From positions 1,286-65,285 of the forward strand of contig JAITVK010000006.1 in assembly GCA_031285845.1 (NCBI GenBank): 64,000 bases of DNA, given 5' to 3'. A program made the translations under genes and the position numbers. Below the pieces are notes generated by a model, which did not search any database, was not told where the DNA came from, and saw only the letters and a list, made by a program, of their open reading frames with translations. Below are positions 46,441 to 58,600 of this stretch, piece by piece (position 1 is the first letter of the stretch; each line of letters starts with the position of its first letter). This DNA is from Propionibacteriaceae bacterium (GTDB taxonomy: Bacteria > Actinomycetota > Actinomycetes > Propionibacteriales > Propionibacteriaceae).

Positions 46441-47181
46441 ATGTCGGCGATCCTCATCATCATTATTGTCCTCGTGCTGCTCGTAGGAGTCGTGCTGTGG
46501 GGCATCTCGGCTTATAACAACATGGTTCGAGCCCACAACCTGGTCGAGCAGTCATGGAATCAGATCGACGTCGAGTTGAATCGACGGTACGACCTGATCC
46601 CCAATCTGGTCAACACGATCAAGGGGGCGACGGCCCACGAGCAGGGCACACTCGAAGCGGTTGTCGGATTGCGCAACCAGGCCGCGTCGCTGGCCCAAGC
46701 CAAAGCCGATCCCACTCAGCGGGCACAAATCGAAGATCAGCTGTCTGGTGAACTGCGCCATTTGATGTCGATCACGGTCGAGGCCTACCCGGCACTGCAA
46801 GCCAACGCCAACTTCATGCAATTGCAGAATGAGCTGAGCCAGATCGAGTCGCGCATCGCCAACGCCCGCAAGTACTACAACGCCACGGTCGGGGACTACA
46901 ACACCATGATCCAGTCCTTCCCCACCTCGCTGATGGCGGGGCAGCGTTTCACCCGCGCGGAGTATTTCCAGATCCCCGATCAGGCGATCCGCTCCAACCC
47001 CGTGGTCGATTTCTCCACCTCCGCGCCGATGGCTCCCCCGAACCAGCCTCCGGCCACCCCGGGATTGCCCTCCCAGTTGAGCGCTCCCACCGCCCAGCCG
47101 TTCGCCACCCCGCCTGCGCCGGGCGCTGAGTACACTCAGCCTGACTTCACTCAGTCGTCTGGCATCCCGGACTCCAAATAG
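46441..47181 (+). CDS. LemA-family protein with Pro-rich C-terminal tail
   Basis: An N-terminal TM helix followed by YNNMVRAHNLVEQSWNQIDVELNRRYDLIPNLV, the classic LemA motif. GGAAGGAA is the SD. Confidence 0.85.
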   Translation: MSAILIIIIVLVLLVGVVLWGISAYNNMVRAHNLVEQSWNQIDVELNRRYDLIPNLVNTIKGATAHEQGTLEAVVGLRNQAASLAQAKADPTQRAQIEDQLSGELRHLMSITVEAYPALQANANFMQLQNELSQIESRIANARKYYNATVGDYNTMIQSFPTSLMAGQRFTRAEYFQIPDQAIRSNPVVDFSTSAPMAPPNQPPATPGLPSQLSAPTAQPFATPPAPGAEYTQPDFTQSSGIPDSK

Positions 47182-47294
47182 GTACGGGCCAACGCCGCGC
47201 CCCGGGAGCAGGTCCTGATTCGCGGGGTGCCGCGTCCCGGCGTCGGAGTCAGATCACACCACCGCCGCGCTCTCGGGCGGACAGGCCCCGGAGC

Positions 47295-47963
47295 GTGACC
47301 AGGCAGTACACTGACACGGTGACTCCGCGCTGGCCAGTAGTGATTTTCGACATCGACGGCACGTTGGTGAACTCGGTCGATCTGATCGTCGACTCGTACC
47401 AACACACTTTTCGTACCATCCTCGGACATGAGTGGGATGTCACCGAAATCAAAACCTGGATCGGCAAATCGCTGCGCGGGGTGTTCGAGGAAAAGTTTCC
47501 CGACCAGGCCGACGCGATGTTCGACGAATACTCGCGCTGGAACGACACCCACACCGCCGAGTCGATCACCGGGTACGACGGAATGCCGCAGTTGGTGGCC
47601 GACCTGGTCGCTAGTGGTGCTCGCGTCGGCGCGGCCACGTCGAAACGCCGTGAACCGGCGCGATGGGCGCTGGAACTGGGCGGCTTGGAGGCGCTGGTCC
47701 CGCTGACCATCGCCCACGAAGACGTGGACGCCCACAAACCCGATCCGGCTCCCCTGCTGGCGGCCGCCATAAAACTGGGAGCCACCCCTGATCACGTGGT
47801 CTACGTCGGTGACGCGGTCGTCGACATCCAGGCGGCCCACAACGCGGGAATGGACTCGGTCGGAGTCACTTGGGGGGCGGGAACCCTCCCGGCCATGATC
47901 GCGGCCCAGCCGAACGCATTGGTCGACACTGTCGCCGAACTGCGCGCCGTCCTGCTCCGCTGA
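47295..47963 (+). CDS. HAD-superfamily hydrolase (phosphoglycolate phosphatase/PpaX-like)
   Basis: HAD motif I FDIDGTL, motif II ATSK, motif IV GDAVVDI. Confidence 0.83.
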   Translation: MTRQYTDTVTPRWPVVIFDIDGTLVNSVDLIVDSYQHTFRTILGHEWDVTEIKTWIGKSLRGVFEEKFPDQADAMFDEYSRWNDTHTAESITGYDGMPQLVADLVASGARVGAATSKRREPARWALELGGLEALVPLTIAHEDVDAHKPDPAPLLAAAIKLGATPDHVVYVGDAVVDIQAAHNAGMDSVGVTWGAGTLPAMIAAQPNALVDTVAELRAVLLR

Positions 47964-48046
47964 CCCCACCTCAGGTCACTCCAGCGGTGGACGCCACGCC
48001 ACGCCGATCCGACCAGCGTCGCTCGCGCATCGCGCCGTACCCCTGC

Positions 48047-50359
48047 TCAGCGCCGGCAGAAGGATCGCGGAGTGATCCGGGCCCAGAATCGGGCCAATCC
48101 GGTCCGAGAGGACAGCAACTGTGATTTCTCCGCTGCCACTTCGTCCCAGTACTGACTGACGATCGCCTGATCCGGCGGCGTCGGCTGGAACATCGCGCGA
48201 TTGGTCGAACTGGCCAGCTGTTCGAGACCCGCCAGACCCATCGCGGCGGCCTGTTCCGACCGGGTCCCGGCCCTCGGCACTCGCAAACCAACGTCACGCG
48301 CCCGATCCATGACATCGGACCAGCCCGCGGCGATCCGCGCAGCGTTCGACCCGGACCGTCGGCGGATGGCGGAACGCAGCGCTTTCACCCCGATCAACAC
48401 GCCGATCAGCGCGGCCACGCCGAACACAACGCCAGCGACGCCGATCAACGTCACCTGCCACCAGGTCAAACTGGTGGTCGTGGCCGACCGCGGCGGGGTG
48501 GTCTGAGCTTGGGTGTCCATCCGCGCGGTGGTGTCCGGGGGCAACTGCGGACCCTGTTGGGCGATGTTCGGGATCTCTTGCGGCGGAGTGACTTCGGCCG
48601 GTGGCGGCGGATTCGGCGCTTGGTCACGAGGCGGGATGAAAAACTGGGGCGGCAACGCGACCCATCCGTCGGTGGTGCCGAGCTCGACCCAGATCGTGAC
48701 ATCTTTGCCCATGATCTGGTCACCCTGACTGGGCATGGCCGCGCCGAACACCACGCGGGCCGGGAAACCGATCCGATTGGCGATCAGCGCGAACGCGGCG
48801 GCGTACTGCTCGTCAGATCCGACGTAAGCCGGCAGCGTGCTCATGAAGGCCCGCAGCCGATACTCCCCATCGCCGGGGGTGTATTTACTTTCGTTGGCCC
48901 GCGTCGTGCCATCGGTCCAACCGCCCTGTCTGAAGCTCGCCGCCAGCGCTTGGATCTGCTCCCACGGGGAGCCCGCGCCGCCGAGGATCGTCGTCATGTC
49001 TTCGCTGAGAAACTCAGTCACCGAATCCGACACCAGTGGAACCCCCGACGGAACCAGCGCACGACTGCCGTCCACCGGCGCGACGTCGACCGGCAGTGAC
49101 GAGACCTGGAGTTGGTCACCGGCGCGCAACTGATCCAACACCAGCGGCTGACCTTTCGTCAGGTCGTACGCCATCGACTCGGCGTGGCCGCGGGCGGTCG
49201 AGCCGTCGAAGCTGATCGCAGTGACTTCGCCCAGATTGGGGGCCCACACGTTTAACGGAGCCTGCTCGGCGTAGACCGGCTCGACCGTGATCCTCAGGTC
49301 GACCGGCGAACCGTGTTCAGTGGCAGTGTCACTGACCGGAATGACCGCTCCGACCCGACGGAAGCTCGTGTCCGCAGCCCCCCACACCAGGCCATCCCAC
49401 GAATCGAGGACGGTGAAGCGGATCAACGCCCCCGGACTCGCCCCCTCGACTGTGAGCAGCGGGTCGTCGTAGAAATAAGTCTCCTGCAACGCCGAGGACG
49501 AGAATTTGCGGAAACTCGGCATCGGCGACGGGTATTCGTTCAGATCCACCGGCGGTGTGATCAGGTCGCGTAGCAGCAGACGTGGCGGTTGAACCCCGGG
49601 CCAATGCGGACCGACCACACCGGCCACGGCGGCGGCCACCACCATCATGACCAGCGCCATCACCGACCACCGCCAGCCCGAGCCGACCCCCGCAGAGTGG
49701 CCCACCAGTTGACGACGCGACGCGCGGTACGACGTCCAGGCCAACCCCGCCCCGACCCAGACAATCGCTTGAACACTGACGTACGTCCATGGCTCGGCTC
49801 CAATCAGAATCGACAAGACGAACAAGGCGCCAGCCGGAATCAGCGGCAGCCCGGCGACACGATGGGAGCGAGCCAGACCATAACTGCCCGCAGTGAACAC
49901 CAGCGCCATCAGAAAGGGCAGCGCCAGAAAAGACCCGGATCCGTCGACCGGAGGAATCGTGGTCAGCAGTTGTTTCCAGCCGTGGATCGACACCGTCCAC
50001 AGGTCCTGAAAGGTCTGCCCCGACGGGATGATCCGCCAGATCAGACCCTGCCGAACAGCCACCGGACCGCCCAGCAGGACGTACGCCCCCAGCACAGCGG
50101 CCAAACCGATGGTCCAATGCCACCCAGCCACGCGCACGGCATGGGTCACCAGCGCTGCGATGAGGACGCCCAAACCGACGACGGCCATGAACAGCCACGA
50201 GTCGAATGTGGTGCACAACCCGATCAGCGCGGTCAGGCTGGTCACGGCCGCGAACCCCGCTTCGACCAGGGCCCGCGAGGTCGGCAGCAGCTTGACCCAA
50301 CGGGTCGTCGTCACGCCATGGGCGCGCGTCGGGGAGGTGTCCGGATTCACCACTCTCAT
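48047..50359 (-). CDS. Polytopic transglutaminase-like domain membrane protein (TgpA-like)
   Basis: The ATG at 50359 overlaps the DUF58 stop (ATGA). About 6 N-terminal helices, an extracytoplasmic region with a TGase-core-like segment (VGSDEQYAAAFALIANRIGFPARVVFG...IWVELG...GWVALPP), then a Pro-rich stretch and a C-terminal helix. Confidence 0.78.
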   Translation of the reverse strand: MRVVNPDTSPTRAHGVTTTRWVKLLPTSRALVEAGFAAVTSLTALIGLCTTFDSWLFMAVVGLGVLIAALVTHAVRVAGWHWTIGLAAVLGAYVLLGGPVAVRQGLIWRIIPSGQTFQDLWTVSIHGWKQLLTTIPPVDGSGSFLALPFLMALVFTAGSYGLARSHRVAGLPLIPAGALFVLSILIGAEPWTYVSVQAIVWVGAGLAWTSYRASRRQLVGHSAGVGSGWRWSVMALVMMVVAAAVAGVVGPHWPGVQPPRLLLRDLITPPVDLNEYPSPMPSFRKFSSSALQETYFYDDPLLTVEGASPGALIRFTVLDSWDGLVWGAADTSFRRVGAVIPVSDTATEHGSPVDLRITVEPVYAEQAPLNVWAPNLGEVTAISFDGSTARGHAESMAYDLTKGQPLVLDQLRAGDQLQVSSLPVDVAPVDGSRALVPSGVPLVSDSVTEFLSEDMTTILGGAGSPWEQIQALAASFRQGGWTDGTTRANESKYTPGDGEYRLRAFMSTLPAYVGSDEQYAAAFALIANRIGFPARVVFGAAMPSQGDQIMGKDVTIWVELGTTDGWVALPPQFFIPPRDQAPNPPPPAEVTPPQEIPNIAQQGPQLPPDTTARMDTQAQTTPPRSATTTSLTWWQVTLIGVAGVVFGVAALIGVLIGVKALRSAIRRRSGSNAARIAAGWSDVMDRARDVGLRVPRAGTRSEQAAAMGLAGLEQLASSTNRAMFQPTPPDQAIVSQYWDEVAAEKSQLLSSRTGLARFWARITPRSFCRR

Positions 50360-51621
50360 GTCAGACTCCCCTTCAACGCCTGGGGCAGATCTCTCAGCGA
50401 TCCGATCGTCAGTTGTGTCAGACCGTCGGCGGCAGTCAAACTGATCGGCGAGCCGAGCCCGACGCACAAGACCACCAGTGGCACCCACGGGTGGACCAGG
50501 CCGCGCCATTGACGCAATTGTGCCGAAGTCGTCTGATCGCCGGTGACGACGAACACCAGCGATGCGTCGACGATCTCAGTCCTGACCCGTTGCAGGGACT
50601 GAGCCGGGTCGACATCGACCAGCTGAGCCCGGGCGTACGCGTCCAAGACGTGGTTGGAGCGCATCCCCGACACCACTTCATGACCACAGACCACAGTCAG
50701 ATCCATCGCGTCCATCACCGTTCGGACAGCCACAGACGCCGCGCACGACAACCCCAGTTCGACATCGTCTTCGATCTGATACTGGTTCTCACGCAGATCC
50801 GACACGATCACCACGTGGCTGCGCCGGGTGTCGTAGTAGCGCCGGACCAGGAACCGGTCCTGACCTTGAGCCTGACTCAGTCGAGCCGAGGACCGCCAAT
50901 GGATGTGACGACGGTCGTCACCGGGCGCGTAATCACGCAAGGCATGAAAAGCCAGATCAGCGTCGGAGGCGTCCAGAGTTGGGTTGCCTTCCAGGTCGCG
51001 CAGCAGACCCGAGCCGAGTTCGTCGACCGCGGCGATGGCAGGATGGATGAACAGTTCCGCCATGGCAGTGCGTTGGACCTCGCGCCGGATCAAGTTCCAT
51101 GGGTCGCTGCGGTAGGTCGTGACCGGGCCGACTTGGACGACGCCGCGGCGAGCGGTCGGAATGGTCACCCAGTCGGTGTAGGACTGCCCCGCCTCCAGCG
51201 CAGGAGTCGTGAAGTCGGCCGCCGACTGGCCGACCGGCATCCGCAGTTTGACCATGGCGATCGGGCGGTTGGAGATGTTGGTCAGCTCGAAGCTGCCCAA
51301 CGCCGAGGCTCCGGCGAAGACCCTGACCGGAGCCAGCCCGAGTTCGACGCGAACATCGGTTCGCCCGAAAGTCGACGCGACGGCGAACACCAGCGCCGCC
51401 AGCGCGAACGCGGCCACCACCCCGGCTTCGACCCAGCCGAAGGCCGCGCCGGCACCCCAAGCGAGCCCCGCCACGACAAGCATGGCCCATCCGGCCCCAG
51501 TGAGAGCCTTCGTTGTCTCGCGCAGCCAACGCCACACCGGGCGCACCGCCTGAGCCATCGCCTCCACCCCGTCGAGCAGCCAAGTTTTGGCCCGTTGGCC
51601 CAACTCGCCCCAGCGGCTCAT
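50356..51621 (-). CDS. DUF58-domain protein (MoxR partner)
   Basis: Two N-terminal helices and the DUF58 signature LRDYAPGDDRRHIHWRSSARL. The ATG overlaps the MoxR stop (ATGA). Confidence 0.85.
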   Translation of the reverse strand: MSRWGELGQRAKTWLLDGVEAMAQAVRPVWRWLRETTKALTGAGWAMLVVAGLAWGAGAAFGWVEAGVVAAFALAALVFAVASTFGRTDVRVELGLAPVRVFAGASALGSFELTNISNRPIAMVKLRMPVGQSAADFTTPALEAGQSYTDWVTIPTARRGVVQVGPVTTYRSDPWNLIRREVQRTAMAELFIHPAIAAVDELGSGLLRDLEGNPTLDASDADLAFHALRDYAPGDDRRHIHWRSSARLSQAQGQDRFLVRRYYDTRRSHVVIVSDLRENQYQIEDDVELGLSCAASVAVRTVMDAMDLTVVCGHEVVSGMRSNHVLDAYARAQLVDVDPAQSLQRVRTEIVDASLVFVVTGDQTTSAQLRQWRGLVHPWVPLVVLCVGLGSPISLTAADGLTQLTIGSLRDLPQALKGSLT

Positions 51622-52592
51622 GATTCGGCGGCCCTCACACTGGCCGGGGTCACGCTGGCCAGAAGTGCGTCGATCACGTCATCGATCTGGACGGAAGCGA
51701 ACAGCGCCTCCGAAGACAACAAGAGTCGATGACTGAGGACCGGGGTCGCCAGGCGCTTGATGTCGTCGGGCGTGACGAACTCGCGACCATGGGCCACCGC
51801 CCACGTCTTGGCGACCCGGACGTAACCCAGCGCCCCGCGCATCGACAATCCGAGCCGGACTTGCGGATGGGAGCGAGACGCGGTCGCCAGCCGAGAGACA
51901 TAGTCGAGAATCGACGGGTCGACGTACGCCTGGTTGGCGAACTCGGTCATCTGGGTCACCGCCGTGGCGGAGACCATCGCCCCGACTGCGGCAGCCCGAT
52001 CCCGGTTCTCCGCCTCACGCAGCAACTCCACCGTCGCGTCATGATCGGGGTAGCCCACACTGACCTTCATCAAGAAGCGGTCCAACTGGGCCTCCGGCAA
52101 CCGATAGGTCCCGGCCTGCTCGATCGGATTCTGTGTCGCGATCACCATGAACGGATGACCGACGTCGTGGCGCACCCCGTCGACGGTGACCGTGTTCTCC
52201 TCCATGACCTCCAGCAGCGCCGACTGGGTCTTCGGCGACGCCCGGTTGACCTCGTCCGCCAACACGATGGTGGCGAAGATCGGGCCGGGATGGAACTCGA
52301 ACGACTGGGTCCGCTGATCATAGACCGAGACCCCGGTCAGATCCGACGGCAGCAGGTCGGGAGTGAACTGGATGCGCGAATGGGTGCCTTGGACGGTGTT
52401 GGCGACCGCTTTGGCCAGAACGGTCTTGCCCGTTCCCGGGTTGTCTTCCAACAGCAGGTGGCCACCGCTGAGCAGGGTGACCAACGCCAGTTCGATGACC
52501 GAGTTCTTTCCTCGGATCGCCAGCGCGACGTTGTCGACCATGCGTTGGAAGTTCTCTTCGAACCAGTGGGCTTGGTCTGCGGTGATGGGCAT
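51618..52592 (-). CDS. MoxR-family AAA+ ATPase
   Basis: Walker A NPGTGKT, Walker B ILADEVNRASPKTQSALLE, and the typical MoxR length (324 aa). GAAGGAG is the SD. Confidence 0.9.
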   Translation of the reverse strand: MPITADQAHWFEENFQRMVDNVALAIRGKNSVIELALVTLLSGGHLLLEDNPGTGKTVLAKAVANTVQGTHSRIQFTPDLLPSDLTGVSVYDQRTQSFEFHPGPIFATIVLADEVNRASPKTQSALLEVMEENTVTVDGVRHDVGHPFMVIATQNPIEQAGTYRLPEAQLDRFLMKVSVGYPDHDATVELLREAENRDRAAAVGAMVSATAVTQMTEFANQAYVDPSILDYVSRLATASRSHPQVRLGLSMRGALGYVRVAKTWAVAHGREFVTPDDIKRLATPVLSHRLLLSSEALFASVQIDDVIDALLASVTPASVRAAES

Positions 52593-52635
52593 GGGTTGTC
52601 TCCTTCAGTGATGGTTGTGGTACGAAAATGTGGGG

Positions 52636-55600
52636 TTAGAGGTCGGTGCCGACGCCTTTCGCGGTGGCGGTCGTCCGACCGTCGTCACTAGCGCAGGACA
52701 CGGTCCAGTCGCCGTCGAAGAAATACCCGTTCTGAGCGCCGGTTTGCGACATGAGTCCCGACCCCATTCCGCCCAGCCGCTGCCAGTCACCGCCTTGAAG
52801 CGTGATGTTGTACAACTGATCGCTTCCCTTGTCGAAGTCCCATGTGGCCGACCAGTCAGGGGTGGCCCCTGAGTCGTCAGGGCGAGTTCCGACAGTCGAG
52901 GCGGAGCAACTCCAGGGGCCCCGGATCCGACTCAGCTCGAACACCACCGCGTGGCATCCTTGGCAAGTTTTGTCGTTGACCTCCGCGGTGCTTCTGACCC
53001 CGAGGATCGGCTCCGGATCGGGCATCGACGTCACTGTGATCTGTTCCGTGACGTCGGGCAGATCTTCCATGAACGTCTCGCCGACTGCCGTTGCTGTGAA
53101 GGTGACCGCGACCGACGGCCCCCCGGCGTCGACACACAGGTCGTACGTCTGATCCTCCGTGCCCTGGACCCACTCATCGTTGACACTGTTCGTCATCTTG
53201 AACGTGACGTCGATCGACTCGAAGTCGGGCGAGGTGAGGGTGGCCGCCACGCACACCGTCTTGTCGGTCGCTGTGCCTCGGCTGGTGTTGAAGGTGATCG
53301 TCGGTGGCGGGGTGGCGGCAGATTTGACGCTGATCTCCTCGTAAATGCGATTCGACACGGGACCGGACAACGGGATGACGTACAGAGTGAACTTCGCCGT
53401 GACGTTGGCTTGGCCCGAATCGACACACACGGTCTCCTCGATGTGTCCGACGGCCGCAATGTCCTCCGTGGTCGGAGGAGAGCTACCGATCGCATCCCAC
53501 TCAACAAGCACATGCCACCGCACGGACACGCCGTTCGTGTCAGCGGTGAAACTCGCGCACTGGGTCTTGTCCACACTCAGCGTTCCCGCTGCGGGCGAGG
53601 TGGACGTGAAGCCGCCACTCATCGGTCCGTACGTCGTCACTGACACCTCCACCGGGGTGTTCGTGTGAGTGCCGTTGTCAGCCCACACTTTCACGGTCGT
53701 GCTCTCGCCGTTGGTCAATCCGGTGATCCGGTTCGGACCGGTTCCATTGGTCTGATGTGGCTCGCCAGAGCCCACCTGGTAGTAGACCTTGAGGTCGCCG
53801 CCGTTCGAGCGGGGGAACGGGTCGACGATCAGCTGCGCCACGCCATTGTCTCCGGTGGCCTCGATGTTCACCGCATTCTGAGCGAAATCGTCCGGAACTC
53901 CGACCGCCGAGCGCAAACGAAGCGTCGCACTGGGGGAGCTCGGACGGTTCGGATCGGTGTCGATGTCAGTGACGTAGGCCGTGAACTTGACCTCGGTGTC
54001 CCACGCCCCGACATCGACACAATACGGATCCCACCCCTGGGAACCGGTGGGCCCAGTCGGAGTGACACCGCTGCCGGATCCTCCATTGCCTTGCGCGGTG
54101 ACGATCTGGTAGTCCACCTCAATTTTGCTGGCCCGCCCATTGCCGTTGCCCGACGCGGTGACACAAACCTCTTGGCCTTGGCCACCGGCTTGGGTCAGTG
54201 ACGGGGCCTGCAGCGGGCCGTACGGCCCCACACCACCGGCCACACCTGACGGACCGGGGTCGGTGACACTGAACTGGATCGGCGCGTTACAGGCGTCAGC
54301 ACTGTTGCAGGCGCTCAGTGTCAAGTCGACCGCCTCACCATTGGTCAGCCCGTTGATCAGCGCGCTGGACTGCCCTGGCCTCAAGCGGGCCACTTCGTCA
54401 CCACCGAACAGTCGGACGATCACCTCACCGGATGAGTCACGGAAATCGGGGAATCGGTTCATCGACACTCGAATCTGACCGTCGACTCCAGTGGCGGCCC
54501 CGACGAAGAACTCGGCTCCTCCCAAAGAGCTCCATGGCGCTGGGGCTCCGACGGCTTTCCAACTCGAGGACAGTTCTTCACTGGTGTGAGCCGCGCCACC
54601 GCTGGCATTCGTCGCCGTCACCGCGTAGGTGTAGGTCGCTCCGTCGTACGCCACACCGTTGTCCCCGAGCGTGGTCTCGGTCGTCGGCGGGAAGGTTTTC
54701 GTGCCGTCGGGTCCGCTGCGGGTCACGTGGTAGGTCACCGGGCCGGGTCCTTGCGGATCGGCCACCGGCCAAGTGACGGCCACTTGAGCAGTGTCGCCCA
54801 TGTCTTGGGCCCGAGCGGTGATGGCCGAGTCTTGCGGCCACAACGGAACACAGGAGGTCTGGAAGTTCACGGTCGCCGCCGAGTTCGACTGCCCATGACC
54901 GTTCACCGCCACGATCGACACCTTCCCGCTGACAGCCACGGTCGAGGCGACAGGGACCGTGTACGTTCGCTGATCCGCCCCGACCGACACCGTCGTGCCC
55001 ACGCCAGGCTGGGTCGCTGAAAAGCTCAAGGCGTACGACTCGACCGTGCCACTGCCACTAGTTCCCGACCAGGTCACCGTGACCGAGCCACAACTGACGG
55101 CGGTCAGCTTCGCGCCGAGGACCAGACCCGGTGGCGCGTCCGGAATCACCGGGGCGCTCGGCGGGCTCCACTCGGATTCACCGACCTTGTTGACGGCCTT
55201 GACCTGGAACTGGTAGGCCGTGCCATTGGTCAGGCCCGGGATCTCACAGGTGGTGTTGACCCCGCAGGAGTACGAACCGCCGTCCCAGCGCACTTCGTAA
55301 GAAGTGATCGGAGCGCCGTTGTCGGCCCCAGGGACGAAACTGATCACCGCGGACTGACTGCGCAGTTGCATATCGGCCCGCGGCGCGCTCGGCGGATCGG
55401 GCGCCCCGACCACAGTGACCGAGAAGTGACCGGTCACCTGTCGATCGGTTCGGGAGTCGTCGGAAACATCGGACGCGACGACGTCGAAGACCATCTCACC
55501 GTGACTGGTCGGCCCCGGGGTGATCGTGATCATGTCATCGTCGAAGCTGATCCCGGCCAAAGTGGACTGGGTCTGAGTGACACGGACGATGTTCTGCGTG

Positions 55601-58600
55601 GCATCGGCCATCGGCGAAACCACGGTCACCGGAATCCTCACCACACTGCCCTGCACCACATCGGTGACACTGGCCACTGCCAAGGTTGGCGCAGGCGCGG
55701 CGATCACCGCCACTGTCACTTCACCGGTCACATCGGGGTAGCCGTCGACGTGGATGGTCAAAACCGACGACTGTCCAGGGATCGAACCGGGTCCGGCTTT
55801 GATCTGAACCATGCTGGACGGCAGCGCTGCCCCATCGGCTCCACTGATCGTGACCTCGTCACCGCCGGTGGCCCACTCAGCGCTGAACCTCAACTCGGCG
55901 ATCGCGTCCTCAGTCGGCATCCAGGCGTGACACAACCGCGCGATGTCTAAAGTCCGAGCCATACCTCCTTGGACGACTTCCTGCGGGGCGCTCGGGCACC
56001 ACAGCACCGGCGTGGCCTTGCCGACCTGAACTGGAATCGTGACCACCCCGACGAGCGCGTCTGGATCGGTCGCGTCTGGCGAGTCGCGCACCTCCACGGT
56101 CAGAGCTGCTGGGCCCGAATAGTCGTTGCGCGCCTGCAACGTGATCTTGCGATCCGATTCCACCATCAATCCCAGGTTGACCTCGGGGGCGGTCCACGCC
56201 TGGGAAGCCATCGTCAACACCACCGGTTGGTCGCGCGGGGAGGTGATGTAATCGTTCAGATCGACGGTGAGCGACGAGTTGGCGTCCATCGTGATCAGTC
56301 CGCCCGAGACCAACTCTGGACGCCCAGACTTCAATGACGGAACGAAGACGACCGCCATCGCCTGAGCGCCGTCGGCGTCAGCCACGACGAATGGGATCAC
56401 CTGACCGCGATCGGTCACCGGAACCGACACGGTCGATCCGTCGAAGGTTCCAGGAGCCCCGACCGACACGATCGTGATAGCCCCAGACGGACCGTCAACG
56501 TCCCACGCGTCGTCCAGCACCTGAGCCGAGGCGACCCCGTCGACCACACTGGTGGCCACATGGTCGTACACATTCGGCGGATTGACGTAGCCTGGTTGGG
56601 AGCGGATCGACACTTGAGCGGAGACACCGGCGACCCCGTCGGCCTCCAGATGATACTTCGTGGTGGCGGCCGCCTCACCCAGCCCCGGCGCGGTCGTCTG
56701 CAACAGATGATGCTCCTGATCGAGACTGACCTTGGCCGACTGGTCGTCCGACGCGATGTCGACCCGACCTGATCCGAGTGGGATGATGTCGTTGGTCATC
56801 GGATACACGTTCACACCAGCCCCAGGCTGAGCGGTGACGACATCGTCGACCGCCAGCGATGCGGTGGCTGTCCCCACGGGCGCGACGCCGACACGGACCG
56901 TTCCGATGCCGACCGCACCGAAACGATCCTGGACATAGTATTGGAACGTGTCAGAGCCCGAATCACCCATGTCGGGATACGACTCGTAGGTCAACACGTC
57001 AGCGCCGACCGACGTGACTCGCCCGAATTTCGGCGGCGTACGGAGCCCGACCACGGTCACCGAATCACCATCTGGGTCCTGCCCATAGACGCCGATCGGA
57101 ACATCGACCGTGTCGCCGACGATGGTGCGCACCTCGATCGCGGCGGGTGTCGGCGCGGCGTTGTCCCCGGCAGCGAGCGTCGCGTCTTGACCTGTCGAGT
57201 CGGTCTGGGCAGTCGCAGGCAGAGGCACCACGTCGACCCAGACGTGTCCGGTCGTTGGGGATCCCGAAGGCGACTGGGCCTGATACTCGATGCGCAACCG
57301 ACGTTGCTGGTCACCGCCCAGGGGAGCTTGATACCGAATGAAACTGCCGTCGACGAAGGCCTGGCCGACGTCGAGCTTCGCCTGAGCCAACGGCGCGGTC
57401 GGGTCCTCGACCGTCAATTGTCCGGCCAACAGCCCGGTGACATTGTCGTTCAACACCAACGCTTCACCCGATTGCGACGAGTCGTTGCGCAGCACCGGAA
57501 TCGTGGTGACGTCGCCCACCCTGACGCGAGCGTAGTCATCGACCACCGACACCCGATCGACCGACGGGGCAACCGTCTGAGTCACGTCGACCACGCCGGT
57601 GGCTTGTTGCCCCAAACCATTGGACACCGCATACGTCACCTGGGCTTGTGCGGCCAGCACCGCCGACGACAGCATCCGTACCCTCAGCCAACGTCCTTCG
57701 ACCACGACCACCTGGATCCGATCCGGATTGACCGGCGTGGCCGAGGTGACCGTCAACACCGAGCCCGCCGAGTCATGGTCATTGCTCAACACGTCGACGG
57801 TCGCGGCCACCGTCCCGTGGACCAGCGCAGTGTCAGGCATCGCGATCAGTGACGTCTGGTCGCCGACATCGACCCTGATCTTGCCGGTGGCGAACCCCGA
57901 ACCAAAGCTGACCGTGTAATCCAAGAAGTACGATCCGACGCGTGCGGCGGTCACCGTCACTGCCCCGGTCACGATGTCGGTCGACACCTGCAAACCGACC
58001 CGCTCGCTGATTGGGGCCGCCAACGCCAAGACCGCCTGACGATCCAAAGGATCGCACCCGGGGATGTCGTTGGCCACAGGGAAGAACACCACGGGGCGAT
58101 CCACCACCGCTCGAACCAGATCGGACATCGCCTGCGGGGCGACGCCGAGCGTGGCGTTGGCCGCCAACACTTTGACGTAGACCACGCCGGGACTGGTCTG
58201 ACCCGAGCCATCGCCGACCTGGTAGTTGATGGTCACCGTCGTGTCAATGTCGACCACCGGCGCGTGATAGACGATCACGCCTTCGCTGGAGACCACGACC
58301 GGAGCCGAATCGACTTCGGCTGCGACGACGGTCACAGGATCGGAGTCGGCGTCACGCCAAGCCCACCCCGCCGCGATCGACACTGAACCGCCGCTGGCCA
58401 CCGTGTGGTCGGGGGCGTCCAGTGAGACACCCAGTTCACCGACCAGGTTGGGAGCGGTGTTCTGACCGGGTTCACGCATCGACAACGTCACGTCGGCGCT
58501 GGAGACCGACTCGGAGCCTTCGTCGTCGACCGACCGATTCGTGACCGAGTACGACACGGTCATGTCACTGGCCTGACCAGCGGGAACCTCCGCGACCAGG

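Noticed and set aside
49329-52691. ORFs 49329-50300(-), 49589-50512(+), 50413-51732(+), 51729-52691(+)
   Set aside because: They are alternative-frame or antisense shadows of the TGase-like, DUF58 and MoxR genes, which have clear family motifs and coupled start/stop overlaps.
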